A stretch of DNA of 64,000 bases from Candidatus Cloacimonadota bacterium. Lineage in GTDB: Bacteria > UBA4055. Of the stretch, positions 19,460 to 30,551 are shown in pieces. The stretch's first letter is position 1. The number at the start of each line of letters is the position of its first letter. Location of the stretch: positions 5,766 to 69,765 of the forward strand of contig PDON01000067.1 of assembly GCA_002742935.1 (NCBI GenBank), in the 5' to 3' direction. The translations under genes were made by a program, and so were the position numbers. The notes below the pieces were generated by a model that was given only the letters and a program-made list of their open reading frames with translations, did no database searches and was not told where the DNA came from.

Positions 19460-20476
19460 ATGAAAAAAGAGATTTTTAAGGTTATAGGTATTATTGCTAT
19501 TTTAATGGCAATCTCAATAGTGTATATCTATTTTAGTTCGGATAAGGTAGCTCTTTATTCTGATAGAGAGGTAAAGTATACTATTGATAAGAATCCTTTA
19601 AAAATTGGTTTTTTTACAGATTTTCCCAATAGAGTAGAGGCTGTCTCTTACTCTCAATCAATGTACGGATTTGCTAAAATATTGGGTAAGTTTCTAAATG
19701 ATTCTGTTGAGTATTTTGATAATAATATAGAGGAGTTAACTCTATTTCAATCCAAATTGGAAAACACCTACTTTGTTAAAGGTTTAAAAGATGTAGGATT
19801 AAACTCAATAGAGCAACTGGAAAATGGTCAAAATATTTTAGACTCCTCATACATTCTAACAAATGGAAACAGTATCAATTTTTTCTCAAAAAAGAATCTC
19901 AATCTAAACTCAACTGTTATAACTTGTGGCGATAGTGCTTATTTTATTGTTTCATCAAAACTATTCCCTATAATTATTGTAGATAGAAAAAATAGAATTA
20001 AATATCTGAACTCCAAGATAAAAAAGATCTCTTTTAACAGAAATAAAGAGATAATATTTTACAGAAAGCTGCTAAATATTTTAAATGATGAAAAGGGAAA
20101 TAAAAAGGGGAAGAAGTTGTTATTGAACTCTATTAGAAGTTATATAGATCCAGATTTAAGTTTTCACTCTAATAAATTTCCTATTATAAATTTCTTAAAT
20201 CTTCTCTTTTCAAATCTAGAGATTGATAGAAATATAGAAAACTATAAAAAGTTGGTAGAAACATTTTTTAATAAAGATAGGTTGGAGATAGTAAAAACGG
20301 TTTATAGATCTTATCTAAATAACAATTTTCCTACAGATATAAACTATACAGATCCATATCATGAGGAGGATTTTAAACAATATTTATATATTAACAATGG
20401 GAAATATATAATTAGAGAAAATGGGAAGACCACTATTTTAAATAATTGGATAAACAGAATAAGAGAGAATTTTTGA
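19460..20476 (+). CDS. hypothetical protein with N-terminal membrane anchor
   Basis: 338-aa ORF coupled to the SDR gene. One N-terminal TM helix, no recognised motif. Confidence 0.6.
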   Translation: MKKEIFKVIGIIAILMAISIVYIYFSSDKVALYSDREVKYTIDKNPLKIGFFTDFPNRVEAVSYSQSMYGFAKILGKFLNDSVEYFDNNIEELTLFQSKLENTYFVKGLKDVGLNSIEQLENGQNILDSSYILTNGNSINFFSKKNLNLNSTVITCGDSAYFIVSSKLFPIIIVDRKNRIKYLNSKIKKISFNRNKEIIFYRKLLNILNDEKGNKKGKKLLLNSIRSYIDPDLSFHSNKFPIINFLNLLFSNLEIDRNIENYKKLVETFFNKDRLEIVKTVYRSYLNNNFPTDINYTDPYHEEDFKQYLYINNGKYIIRENGKTTILNNWINRIRENF

Positions 20477-20611
20477 TTGGTATTTATGAATACATATATT
20501 ATAGAAAAAGAGATAAACTATCAAACTCTAAACCTATCATAATCTCTCTCTTTTAGATCTACACTAATAAAAGTTTATCATAAAAACAAATATTTTACTA
20601 TATTTAGTTCC

Positions 20612-21481
20612 ATGAAAAGAAGAGAATTTTATATAAACCTTGTCATTACAATTATCCTATGGGGATCTGCTTTTGTAGGTATAAGGTATACAATGGGTAA
20701 CATAACGCCAGGCTCAATGGCTTTGCTTAGGTTTACCATAGCCTCAATAACAATTTTACCTTTCTTTATACTAAGTAAAAATAAGGTTTTTCCTAAAAAA
20801 GATATTAAACTTTTCTTATTGTCAGGTTTTTTAGGGTTCTTTCTCTACAATATAGCTCTAAATATGGGCGAAGAGATTGTTACAGCGGGAGTAGCAAGTT
20901 TTCTCATAAGCTCTCTAACTATTTTTACAGGTATATTTTCAGCTATATTCTTAAAAGAAAGATTGGGTCTTTTTGGTTGGATTGGTATAATTTTAAGCTT
21001 TATTGGCATTGGTATAATATCCCTTTCCGAAGATGATATCTTATCAATAAACTATGGTGCTATTTTAGTTATTATAGCTGCGATCTCTTCAAGTCTCTAT
21101 ATGATTCTTCAAAAAAATCTTATAAAAAAATATGGCAGTTTGAATTCTCTTGTATGGTCTATATGGAGTGGAACCCTTTTTATGCTTATCTACCTTCCTA
21201 ATCTTATAGATGAAATAAAAGTTGTTAAAAGTTCAACAATTGCAGCTATAGTTTATTTAGGTATCTTTCCTGCTTCTCTAGCATATTTTACATGGAACAG
21301 AGCCTTAGAGCTCTCAGATTCTGCTACAAAAACATCAACAGCTCTATACTTTACTCCTCTTACTGTAATAGTAATGGAGTGGTTAATTTTGAATGAGTAC
21401 CCTAAAAGTAGTTCACTTTTAGGTGGTTTTTTTGTACTATTAGGTGTTTATATTTCAACAAAGGGTAAAAAAGATGAATAA
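20612..21481 (+). CDS. EamA/DMT family transporter
   Basis: ILWGSAFVGIR, LKERLG, about 10 TM in two EamA repeats, LAYFTWNRAL. Confidence 0.92.
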   Translation: MKRREFYINLVITIILWGSAFVGIRYTMGNITPGSMALLRFTIASITILPFFILSKNKVFPKKDIKLFLLSGFLGFFLYNIALNMGEEIVTAGVASFLISSLTIFTGIFSAIFLKERLGLFGWIGIILSFIGIGIISLSEDDILSINYGAILVIIAAISSSLYMILQKNLIKKYGSLNSLVWSIWSGTLFMLIYLPNLIDEIKVVKSSTIAAIVYLGIFPASLAYFTWNRALELSDSATKTSTALYFTPLTVIVMEWLILNEYPKSSSLLGGFFVLLGVYISTKGKKDE

Positions 21482-22388
21482 ATTGGTACTTTTGATACAT
21501 GGTGGTGCAGGAAATATTAAAAAAAGTGATAGTGAAGAGAAATTTAAAAGACACTTAAAAGGTTTGAAAGCTTCACTGGAAGCAGGCAGAAAAATCCTCG
21601 AGGAAGGAGGAACAGCCTTAGATGCAGTTATAGCTTCTGTTAAGGTTATGGAAGATGATCCCTCTTTTAATGCAGGAAAAGGATCTGTTTTTACTCACAA
21701 TGAAAAGAATGAGATGGACGCTGCCGTAATGGACGGAAAAACCTTAAATAATGGTGCTGTTTCAGGTGTCTCCAATGTTAAAAACCCTATACTTTTGGCT
21801 AAGAAAGTTTTAGAGTATAAAGATCATTCATTTTTAGCTAATGAAGGAGCTTTAGAATTTGCTAAAGAGAATGGGTTGGATATTGTAGATAATGAATACT
21901 TCAAAACAGAGGTTAGATACAATCAATTGCTAAAAGCAAGAGGTGAAAAAAAGATTGCCCTTGATCATGATATAGATGAAGAAAAATATGGAACTGTTGG
22001 AGCTGTTGCTCTGGATTCTCACGGTAATCTGGCGGCTGCAACCTCAACCGGAGGTATCACAAACAAGAGATACGGCAGGGTTGGAGATACCCCAATTATA
22101 GGTAGTGGAACATACGCCGACAATGAGACTTGTGCTGTATCTTGTACAGGAATAGGTGAACAATTTATAAAATTTAATGTTGCTTACGATATTGCGGCTC
22201 GAATTAAATATAAGGGAGAATCTGTAGAAAAAGCTTCTTTGGAAAATATAGAAAACAGGCTTAATAAAGATGATGGCGGTTTGATAGTTGTTGACAAATA
22301 TGGTAATTATAGTTTGCCATTTAACTCAAATGGAATGTACAGAGGAATCTATTGTTCAGATGGTGTTTTTGATGTAAAAGTATGGTAG
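21474..22388 (+). CDS. iaaA: isoaspartyl peptidase/L-asparaginase (Ntn hydrolase)
   Basis: IHGGAG, FNAGKGS, EMDAAVM, autoproteolytic GTVGAVA, ATSTGG, GRVGDTP. ATG 21474 overlaps the DMT stop. Confidence 0.93.
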   Translation: MNKLVLLIHGGAGNIKKSDSEEKFKRHLKGLKASLEAGRKILEEGGTALDAVIASVKVMEDDPSFNAGKGSVFTHNEKNEMDAAVMDGKTLNNGAVSGVSNVKNPILLAKKVLEYKDHSFLANEGALEFAKENGLDIVDNEYFKTEVRYNQLLKARGEKKIALDHDIDEEKYGTVGAVALDSHGNLAAATSTGGITNKRYGRVGDTPIIGSGTYADNETCAVSCTGIGEQFIKFNVAYDIAARIKYKGESVEKASLENIENRLNKDDGGLIVVDKYGNYSLPFNSNGMYRGIYCSDGVFDVKVW

Positions 22389-22421
22389 TGAGGTAGAATA
22401 TATAAAAAGGAAGGTATAAAA

Positions 22422-23276
22422 CTAACTACTCGTAATACCCGGTCTCTTCTGGTAAGCAATAGTATTCTTTAAATGGACAAAACTAAAACTATTCTCAACA
22501 CCATGTAAAGACTCACTATGACCAATAAACATATAACCACCGTCTGAAAGGCTTCTGTATAAGGAAGATATAACCTGACTCTTTGATTTTAGATCAAAAT
22601 AGATGAGAACATTTCTACATAAAATTATATCTACTCCTTTAATCATTCTCATTTTCAATTTATCCATAAGGTTTAAGTTTAAAAACTTTATATTACACCT
22701 TACATCTGAATTTATACGATACAGATTCTCCCTTTTGGTAAAATATTTGGATATTATATCGGATGATGTATTTCTCATAGCTGTTTGATTATATATACCA
22801 GTCCTAGCTTTTTCTAATATTTCATTACTAATATCAGTTGCCAGTATCTCAATATTCCAATTTTGATAAGAGTATCCCAAAATCTCTCTAAGTAGGATTG
22901 AGATAGTATATGGCTCCTCTCCACTGCTACAAGCTGCTGACCATATTTTTAAGCTCTTATTTCTATCTTTCTCTTTTTTTGCAATAATTTCAGGAATTAA
23001 AATATTTTTCAGAGCATCTATTTGAGGCATATTTCTAAAAAAAGATGTCTCGTTTATTGTAACAGCGTCAAACAATCTGTTTAACTCACTCTCCCTTTTT
23101 TTATCGAAGTTGAGATATTTTATATACGCATCAATACTATTCAGATTTAATCGAGACAATCTATTGGCTATCTTTTCATCAACTATGTACTTCATATCCT
23201 CCGTAAAATAGATCCCTGAGCTTTCGTATATAAAATCACGTATCTTTTTAAACTCTTCAATTGTCAGGTTATTCAT
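22422..23276 (-). CDS. cheR: chemotaxis protein-glutamate methyltransferase
   Basis: TINETSFFR, IWSAACSSGEEPYT, ATDIS, CRNVLIYF, GHSESL. Confidence 0.95.
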   Translation of the reverse strand: MNNLTIEEFKKIRDFIYESSGIYFTEDMKYIVDEKIANRLSRLNLNSIDAYIKYLNFDKKRESELNRLFDAVTINETSFFRNMPQIDALKNILIPEIIAKKEKDRNKSLKIWSAACSSGEEPYTISILLREILGYSYQNWNIEILATDISNEILEKARTGIYNQTAMRNTSSDIISKYFTKRENLYRINSDVRCNIKFLNLNLMDKLKMRMIKGVDIILCRNVLIYFDLKSKSQVISSLYRSLSDGGYMFIGHSESLHGVENSFSFVHLKNTIAYQKRPGITSS

Positions 23277-23279
23277 ACT

Positions 23280-24164
23280 CTACCCGGCTACTACTTCAAC
23301 AAAATCTTTAGCATTTTTTGAATACTCAAATAGTTCAAAAGTAAACTTTTCCAAATCAATATTTTGAATATCAGGTATCTCTCTTAACAATATTTTCCAT
23401 GCAGATGTATCGGAAATAATTATCTTAAGATGCTCACCTCCAAAGGACTCATCGCAAGCTTTTGCAAAAATATTTGATAAGGATATAATAGCTGTTAAGG
23501 TTTTATTCTCAAAGGATCTGATAGGCTTATGATGGTAAAGTATCGGATCTATCAAATTTTGAGGAAGTTTCCATTTCTCACCAAGCCAACCGCCAACCTG
23601 TTCATGTGTAACACCAAAAACTCTTCTCTCCTCTTCAATTAGAGGTGTTCCATTATCAACACTTGCCATATAAGCTTCTAAAAATTGATCGTGGAAATAT
23701 TGATCTAAAATAATTTTACCTATATCATGCAAAAGACCTGCAGTAAATGCAACACCTCCAAGCTTCAACCCCAATTTTTGAGATATAGCTTTTGCTATTT
23801 CACCCGTAACAGAACAATGTTCCCAAAACTTTTTTCTATCAAATGTTTCATAATTAGATCTAATAGGAAAGGTTGAAAAAACTGAAATAGTAGCAACAAG
23901 ACTTCCAACTTCATTCATACCAAGAACAACCAAAGCTCTCCTTATTGTATCAATTTTAGATCTCATTCCATAGAAAGCAGAGTTTGCTATCTTCAAAATT
24001 TTGGTAGTTATTGAAGGATCATTTAAAATAACTTCCACAAGATCATTTAAAGAGGTATCCGGATCTTGAGTAAGTTTCATAACCTCTGTTGCAACTGAAG
24101 GAAGGGTAGGAAGATCATCTATAGAAAGTATTCTATTTTTTATTTCTTCTAAACGGTTTGACAT
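23280..24164 (-). CDS. HDOD domain protein
   Basis: LPTLPSVA, KILKIANSAFYG, FWEHC, AGLLHDIGK, HEQVGGWL..WKLP. Confidence 0.93.
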   Translation of the reverse strand: MSNRLEEIKNRILSIDDLPTLPSVATEVMKLTQDPDTSLNDLVEVILNDPSITTKILKIANSAFYGMRSKIDTIRRALVVLGMNEVGSLVATISVFSTFPIRSNYETFDRKKFWEHCSVTGEIAKAISQKLGLKLGGVAFTAGLLHDIGKIILDQYFHDQFLEAYMASVDNGTPLIEEERRVFGVTHEQVGGWLGEKWKLPQNLIDPILYHHKPIRSFENKTLTAIISLSNIFAKACDESFGGEHLKIIISDTSAWKILLREIPDIQNIDLEKFTFELFEYSKNAKDFVEVVAG

Positions 24165-24271
24165 CTATCCACCTAAACTAAATATTACTATTGTATCATA
24201 CCTTAAAAAAGAGGAGCAATACAAATTATAACAATATAATCAATTATAAAATTATGCTTAAATAGATTCTA

Positions 24272-24484
24272 TTACTTTTCTATAAGCTTACTATTTTTAC
24301 CCATTTTTCTAACCTCTTCAAGAACTTCATCTTTTGAGATAACACCCTTTTTTGCCAAAACTTCAATAAGAGCTTCTATTGAGATTGTATTTGATAACGC
24401 AAGTTTATCTACACTTAAACCAAGTTCATGTTTCTCATCGCTACCCTTTTTATCTCTCTTTAAAAAAATATTTTTATTAAACAT
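24272..24484 (-). CDS. small conserved-type hypothetical protein (70 aa)
   Basis: ATG 24484 after AGGT avoids overlap with the divergent gene. Helical LALSNTISIEALIEVLAKKGVISKDEVLEEV segment. Confidence 0.65.
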   Translation of the reverse strand: MFNKNIFLKRDKKGSDEKHELGLSVDKLALSNTISIEALIEVLAKKGVISKDEVLEEVRKMGKNSKLIEK

Positions 24485-24532
24485 AAAATTACCTATATTA
24501 TATTTCATGTATAAGATATGGATAAACACTCT

Positions 24533-25111
24533 ATGATCAAACATTTTTTAATAATTATCACTATATTTTTTTTTATTTCCTGTGAAGATCTCTTTACCAC
24601 AAGAACTCCTGAATCACCCCAAATAACAAACCCAAATAATCAAGCTACTACGGTTAACAACCTTGTTCAAAATTTTAAAAACTCTATTTACAATGAAGAT
24701 GTTGAACAATACTCCAATCTTTTTATAAATGAGTTTGTTACAACAGATTTTACATACAGGTTCAAAACTAATGATTCTACTATTGATACAACAATTTTCA
24801 CGGGTTGGGGAATAGAAAATGAAAGAAAGTTTTCCAGTTCATTTTTTGAAGATAACAGGGTAACAAGCTTTCATATAGATCCCTCAAATTTTGAGGAAGT
24901 ATCAGGAGATACTACACTCATAGAGTTTGAGTATAGTGGAAATTTAAAAAACCTCAACGGAGAAGAGATTAACATTAAAGGGAAAAGCAAGTTTACCTTA
25001 AAAAAAATAGGAAACCTTTGGTATCTATACTACTGGGAAGATGATAGATCTCTTGACAAGTATAGTTTTACCTTTTCAAAACTTAAAGAACCTTTTGCAT
25101 TTAACAACTAA
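24533..25111 (+). CDS. lipoprotein, NTF2/SnoaL-like fold suspected
   Basis: Lipobox FFISC followed by EDLFTTRTPESP. C-terminal GKSKFTL..WYLYYWED strands. Confidence 0.7.
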   Translation: MIKHFLIIITIFFFISCEDLFTTRTPESPQITNPNNQATTVNNLVQNFKNSIYNEDVEQYSNLFINEFVTTDFTYRFKTNDSTIDTTIFTGWGIENERKFSSSFFEDNRVTSFHIDPSNFEEVSGDTTLIEFEYSGNLKNLNGEEINIKGKSKFTLKKIGNLWYLYYWEDDRSLDKYSFTFSKLKEPFAFNN

Positions 25112-25227
25112 GAGCAACTTTAATAAGTACAGAAAAAGCTATTCAAAACAGAGGATAACATATTATATGACTACATAAAGGATTGATTTTGTTCAATAAA
25201 AGAACTTCATTCTTCTAATTTTATCTA

Positions 25228-25256
25228 TTGACTAGATATTACAATAAATTTACATT
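25228..25256 (+). promoter_or_regulatory. putative sigma70 promoter for the M42 peptidase-tdh operon
   Basis: TTGACT-17 nt-TACATT. Confidence 0.45.
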
Positions 25257-25338
25257 TCTATAATCTTATTTTGTTACAAGATAGAGTAAAAACTCTAAAT
25301 TTAAAATTTAAAAGAAAGATTAGTATACAGGAGTTAAA

Positions 25339-26412
25339 ATGAGAATTAGTGAAAAATCAAAACAGTTTCTTTTGGAGCTTTTAAATACAAACTCACCTTC
25401 AGGTATGGAAGAGGAGATTCAAGGTAAATGGTTAAACTATATGAAAGATTATGCTGATAAAATTGATACAGATATACATGGTAACGCTTATGCAATCCTC
25501 AATCCTGATGCAAAGTTTAAGGTATTATTAGCGGGACATTGTGATGAAATAGGTTTTGTTATTAAAAGAATTGACTCAGATGGATTTGTTTACTTTGGAA
25601 AAGTTGGCGGAATCTCTCATAAAATAGCTCCGGGAATGAAGGTTAATATACTTGGTAATGGTGGTAAAAATATTTTAAAAGGTATTATTGGGGCACCTGC
25701 AGAACACCAAGGAGGATTGGAAGATAAGTTCACAATGGATAATCTATACATAGATTTGGGAGCTGAAAGTGATAAAGAGTTAAAGGATCTAATGAGAGTT
25801 GGAGATTATGCTGTTTATGATAGAAATAGTGAATTTTTAAGAAATGATAAGCTCTCCGGAAGAGCTTTAGACAACAGAACCGGAGCATTTATAGCAGCAG
25901 AAGTTATAAAGAGATTAAAAGGGAAAAAGTTAAATGTTGGAGTTTATTCTGTTAGTACTACAGGCGAAGAGGTAGGACTTCAAGGAGCATACAGTGCCGG
26001 TTCAAATGTAGAGCCCGATATTGCCATTGCAACAGATGTTACCTTTGCAACAGATTATCCTAGTATTGATAAATCAAAGCATGGAGAGTATAAGCTTGGA
26101 GGAGGTCCTGTTATAGCATTGGGAGCTCCTATAAACAAAAAGGTTAACTCTCTTTTGGAGGAAGCAGCAAAAGAGCTTAAAATAGATCTTCAGTATGAAC
26201 TAACCCCATCAACTACAGGAACAGATGCCGATAAGCTAAGATATACAGGTAAAGGAGTTGCTATTTCTCTAGTATCTTTACCTTTAAGATATATGCACTC
26301 TCCTGTAGAGACTATTAGTATGAAAGATCTTGAACAAGAGATAGATATGATAGTTAAATTTATTGAAAATCTAAAAGGTGATGAAGATTTAAGACCCGTT
26401 ATAGTAAAATAA
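25339..26412 (+). CDS. M42 family aminopeptidase
   Basis: [44 protein letters not shown]. Confidence 0.93.
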   Translation: MRISEKSKQFLLELLNTNSPSGMEEEIQGKWLNYMKDYADKIDTDIHGNAYAILNPDAKFKVLLAGHCDEIGFVIKRIDSDGFVYFGKVGGISHKIAPGMKVNILGNGGKNILKGIIGAPAEHQGGLEDKFTMDNLYIDLGAESDKELKDLMRVGDYAVYDRNSEFLRNDKLSGRALDNRTGAFIAAEVIKRLKGKKLNVGVYSVSTTGEEVGLQGAYSAGSNVEPDIAIATDVTFATDYPSIDKSKHGEYKLGGGPVIALGAPINKKVNSLLEEAAKELKIDLQYELTPSTTGTDADKLRYTGKGVAISLVSLPLRYMHSPVETISMKDLEQEIDMIVKFIENLKGDEDLRPVIVK

Positions 26413-26443
26413 TAAAAACATTTATAAAAGATTGGAGAGAACT

Positions 26444-27484
26444 ATGGCTAAAATGAAAGCTTTGGTAAAGAAATTCCCTAAAAAAGGGATATGGATGGAG
26501 GAAGTTGATATTCCCTCTATTGGTATAAATGATGTTCTTGTTAAAATAAAAAAAACTGCAATATGCGGTACAGACCTTCATATATACAAATGGGATGAGT
26601 GGTCGCAAAAAACCATAAAAACACCTATGGTTATTGGACATGAGTATGTAGGTATAGTTGAAAAGGTAGGATCCGGAGTAAAACATTTTAAAGTGGGAGA
26701 TAGAGTTACCGGAGAAGGACATATTGCTTGTGGCTTCTGTAGAAACTGTAAAAGAGGTAAAAAGCACGTTTGTGAAAACACCATTGGTGTGGGAGTAAAT
26801 AGAGAGGGTTGTTTTGCCGAGTATCTATCTGTTCCTGCTGAAAATGTTATGAAAATAAATAAAAAAATATCTGATGATAACATAGCTATTATGGATCCTT
26901 TTGGTAATGCTGCACATACAGCTCTCTCATTTCCTGTTTTAGGAGAGGATGTTCTTATAACAGGAGCAGGGCTTATTGGTTCTATGGCCGTTGCAATATG
27001 TAGATTTGCAGGAGCTAGAAACATTGTTGTTACAGAGCTAAGTGATTATAGAATTGATATAGCAAAGAAAATGGGTGCCACAAGGGTTATAAATCCTTCA
27101 AAAGGTGAAAAAATTGAAGATGTTATAAAAGAACTTGGTATGGTAGGTTTTGATGTTGGACTAGAGATGAGTGGTTCTCCATATGCATTTAATGATATGG
27201 TTAAAAATATGTATAACGGAGGAAGTATTGCTCTATTGGGTATTTTACCTCCAAACTCTAAAGTACCGGTTCCTTGGGATGAAATAATATTTAAAGCTCT
27301 TAAGATTAAGGGTATATACGGAAGAGAGATGTTTGAAACTTGGTATAAAATGGAGCAAATGCTTCTTACAGGACTTGATCTTTCACCTATAATAACCCAT
27401 AAGTTTAAGGTTGATGATTTCCAAAAAGGTTTCGATGTTATGGAAACAGGTAATAGTGGAAAAGTTATCCTAGAGTGGGATTAG
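26444..27484 (+). CDS. tdh: L-threonine 3-dehydrogenase
   Basis: [51 protein letters not shown] 26444 after GGAG. Confidence 0.96.
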   Translation: MAKMKALVKKFPKKGIWMEEVDIPSIGINDVLVKIKKTAICGTDLHIYKWDEWSQKTIKTPMVIGHEYVGIVEKVGSGVKHFKVGDRVTGEGHIACGFCRNCKRGKKHVCENTIGVGVNREGCFAEYLSVPAENVMKINKKISDDNIAIMDPFGNAAHTALSFPVLGEDVLITGAGLIGSMAVAICRFAGARNIVVTELSDYRIDIAKKMGATRVINPSKGEKIEDVIKELGMVGFDVGLEMSGSPYAFNDMVKNMYNGGSIALLGILPPNSKVPVPWDEIIFKALKIKGIYGREMFETWYKMEQMLLTGLDLSPIITHKFKVDDFQKGFDVMETGNSGKVILEWD

Positions 27485-27596
27485 TTATCTAAACTATAAA
27501 AACAAAGTTTTTTTAGCTTCTGTGAGCAAAATCACAAACTGTTACAACAATAAAGCGTACATTATTGTTGATAACTTAAAACTTGAAGGAGTTTAG

Positions 27597-28154
27597 ATGA
27601 AAAAACTTTTGTTGATTGTAGCTGTACTGGTAAGTTCACTAGTGATGAACTTAAATGCTGAAATTTATGGGAAACAAAATTATGTTTCTATTAATCCATT
27701 TAGCTTGCTCTTTAATATCTTCTCAGGTGAGTATGGAAGGTTTTTAGACACACAAGGAAAAACTGAAGTAAATATACCCGTGTACTTCTTTAACTATGAT
27801 TCTTTTTCAGGATTTGGTATTGGTGGTAAATACAGAATGTACAAAGATAAAAACGGAGAGGGTATATTCTACGGTGGAGGATTAAGGTTTAGTTCTATTT
27901 CTTGGGAATATCATTTCTATGAAGAAAGTAATAGAAAAAGTGATGATATTTCATACATAGCTTTCACTCCAATGGGAGAAGCAGGATACAGATGGACATG
28001 GGACAATGGTTGGACTATCTCTCCATCAGTTGAGCTGGGATACTCTATATCAAGTTTTGATGATGGTGATATAAAGGGTGGTATTAGTGCAGATAGTGAT
28101 ACTGAATCAAGATTATTTTACACTATAAATTTAGGCGTATCCTATATGTTTTAA
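27597..28154 (+). CDS. outer-membrane beta-barrel protein
   Basis: Signal peptide, alternating beta strands (GEAGYRWTW), C-terminal LGVSYMF. Confidence 0.75.
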   Translation: MKKLLLIVAVLVSSLVMNLNAEIYGKQNYVSINPFSLLFNIFSGEYGRFLDTQGKTEVNIPVYFFNYDSFSGFGIGGKYRMYKDKNGEGIFYGGGLRFSSISWEYHFYEESNRKSDDISYIAFTPMGEAGYRWTWDNGWTISPSVELGYSISSFDDGDIKGGISADSDTESRLFYTINLGVSYMF

Positions 28155-28167
28155 AATTAATCCAGTA

Positions 28168-28211
28168 AAAAAGAGAGTGTCTCATAAGTAGTTTTCAGAC
28201 ACTCTCTTTTT
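28168..28211. terminator. bidirectional terminator between the beta-barrel gene and uvrC
   Basis: Perfect 15-bp inverted repeat AAAAAGAGAGTGTCT...AGACACTCTCTTTTT. Confidence 0.75.
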
Positions 28212-28243
28212 CTTTTTAAAACAAACAGGTTCTACTAGCTCAC

Positions 28244-28295
28244 ATATTTCATGAGGCTTTAAGATTCCTATAATTTTTCAAGTCTCATGAAATAT
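28244..28295. repeat. second long inverted repeat next to the uvrC stop
   Basis: ATATTTCATGAG(GCTT)...(AAGT)CTCATGAAATAT. Confidence 0.65.
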
Positions 28296-28300
28296 AAAGG

Positions 28301-30154
28301 TTAAAATTCTCCCGACCCTCTAAGAGTTTCAACTATACTCTTGGCTAAATCCTCAGTAATTCCTTTTACTCTTACAAGTTCTTTAACCGGTAACTTAGAA
28401 ATCTCCTCTACACTATTAAAATGATCAAGTAAAAGTTTTCTCTTGGCAGGACCTATACCCTTTATATCATCGAGTAAGGATTTAACCTGCTCTTTTTCTC
28501 TAAGATTTCTATGGAAAGTAATTGCAAATCTATGAGCTTCATCTCTAATACTTTGCAATAGCTTTATAGCAGAAGATGTTCTGGGAATAAATTCAGGCTC
28601 AGACTCTCCGGGTAAGAATACCTCCTCCAACCTTTTAGCAAGTCCAATAACTTTTATATCAAGACCTAGAGAATCCAATATATGTTTAGCAGAAGAGAGC
28701 TGTCCCTTTCCACCATCAATTACTATTAAATCAGGCTTTTGAAGATTCTCATTTTTAACCCTTGAGTATCTTCTTTCAACAACCTCCCTCATAGAGGCAA
28801 AATCATCAATACCCTCAACACTCTTTATTTTAAACTTTCTATATCCTGACTTGTAAGGCTTTGCATCTTTAAAAACAACCATAGAGGCAACAGTCTCTCT
28901 TCCGGCAAAATGGCTAATATCAAAGCACTCTATAACCCTTGGTAATATGGAAAGATTAAGATCACGCTTTAAAGAGTTTAAACTTCTTGGGGTATAGTCC
29001 TTTTTTAGCTTCTCAAGTTTATAATCATTTAGTAAAAGTTCTGCATTCTTCTTTGTTAAAAAAACCATTTTATTTTTTTCTCCAATTTTCGGAGATTTTA
29101 TAGAAAGCTTTTTACCTTTTAGAGAAGAGAGCCACTCCTCTAAAATTTCCAACTCATCAGGTATACTACTTATAAAAATTTTATCGGGATAATCTGTAGT
29201 TCTATTGTAGTAGAGCTTAACAAACTCTGTTAAAACAACAGGTTCGCTTTTTCTATAAACACCTTTCAGAAAATAGTTGTTCCTTGCAATAACTCTTCCA
29301 TTTCTAACCTTAAATATTACACAGCAAGAATCATTATCCTCTTGGGAGATAGCAATATAATCAATAGAATCTGTTGAGCTGTTATCAACCTTTTGTTTAA
29401 CTAGATAAGTATCAAGAGCAGCTATCTGATCTCTAAATGAAGCAGCTTTCTCAAACTCCAACTTTTTACTTGCCTCATTCATATCACTTTTTAGTCTAGA
29501 GATAAGGGTTTTATCATTAGCTGTAATAAAAGAGATTATATCCTTCGCTCTCTCTGTATAAAATTTGGAATCAACAATCCCATTACAACAACCACCACAA
29601 TTACCAATATGATAATCTAAACATAACCTATGTTTTTTATTCTCTATTGATTCTTTAGTAATTGAAAGAGAGCAGTTCCTGATCTTATAAATATTTTTAA
29701 GAGATCTTAAAAGCTCCCTCAAAGATTTAACATTTGTGTAGGGACCATAATATTTGGATCCGTCATCAACAACTTTTCGAGTGATCTCAATTCTTGGGAA
29801 AAGCTCCTTTGTAAACTTTATATAAGGGTAGCTTTTATCATCTTTAAGATCTATGTTATACTTAGGCTTATGTTTTTTTATTAAATTTGATTCTAGAAGA
29901 AGAGCTTCAAGTTCACTATCTGTAATTATATATTCAATATTTGCTATATGTTTTAACAATATTTCCGTTTTAAACTGCTGATGCTTTCCAGCATTTAAAA
30001 AGTATGATCTTATTCTACTCTTTAAAACCTTTGCTTTACCAATGTATATTATATCACCTTCCCTATTCTTGTAGATATAAACACCAGGATTTGAGGGTAA
30101 ATTATTGAGTTTAAAATTTAAATCAGGATTATTGCTGTACTTAAAATCTTTCAA
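28301..30154 (-). CDS. uvrC: excinuclease ABC subunit C
   Basis: GIY-YIG (PGVYIY..IIYIGKAK), UVR (LEFEKAA.RD), IECFDISH, IDGGKGQL, RDEAHRFAI, C-terminal HhH. Confidence 0.98.
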   Translation of the reverse strand: MKDFKYSNNPDLNFKLNNLPSNPGVYIYKNREGDIIYIGKAKVLKSRIRSYFLNAGKHQQFKTEILLKHIANIEYIITDSELEALLLESNLIKKHKPKYNIDLKDDKSYPYIKFTKELFPRIEITRKVVDDGSKYYGPYTNVKSLRELLRSLKNIYKIRNCSLSITKESIENKKHRLCLDYHIGNCGGCCNGIVDSKFYTERAKDIISFITANDKTLISRLKSDMNEASKKLEFEKAASFRDQIAALDTYLVKQKVDNSSTDSIDYIAISQEDNDSCCVIFKVRNGRVIARNNYFLKGVYRKSEPVVLTEFVKLYYNRTTDYPDKIFISSIPDELEILEEWLSSLKGKKLSIKSPKIGEKNKMVFLTKKNAELLLNDYKLEKLKKDYTPRSLNSLKRDLNLSILPRVIECFDISHFAGRETVASMVVFKDAKPYKSGYRKFKIKSVEGIDDFASMREVVERRYSRVKNENLQKPDLIVIDGGKGQLSSAKHILDSLGLDIKVIGLAKRLEEVFLPGESEPEFIPRTSSAIKLLQSIRDEAHRFAITFHRNLREKEQVKSLLDDIKGIGPAKRKLLLDHFNSVEEISKLPVKELVRVKGITEDLAKSIVETLRGSGEF

Positions 30155-30551
30155 TTATTATCAACTCTTTTTAATCATTTTTCAAAAAAAAAGAATATAA
30201 TTATCTTTAACTTATAAATCTCTTCTTCACTATAGTTAGAATCTAATATGGATCTAATACTCTTCCTATTGGATAATACTTTAACTAACAATCAACAATA
30301 TAATGACTTATATTTATTTTTCAAAGAGAAGGGGAAACCCAAGTTTCAAAAAGCACCCTCACCTTTTATATCTACACTCTTAACTAAGAATATCTATAAC
30401 TAACTATTTTTAATTAAGAGTGTGGAAAGATATTTATACTTTTGAATTTTTTCTGCTGTCTATAATATAATTCTTCTCTTTTTTGTTTTAGTTTACAATA
30501 TTTTTTCTTAGATTATATTCAGTTCTAAAGATTATAAAACGGATTGATAAG

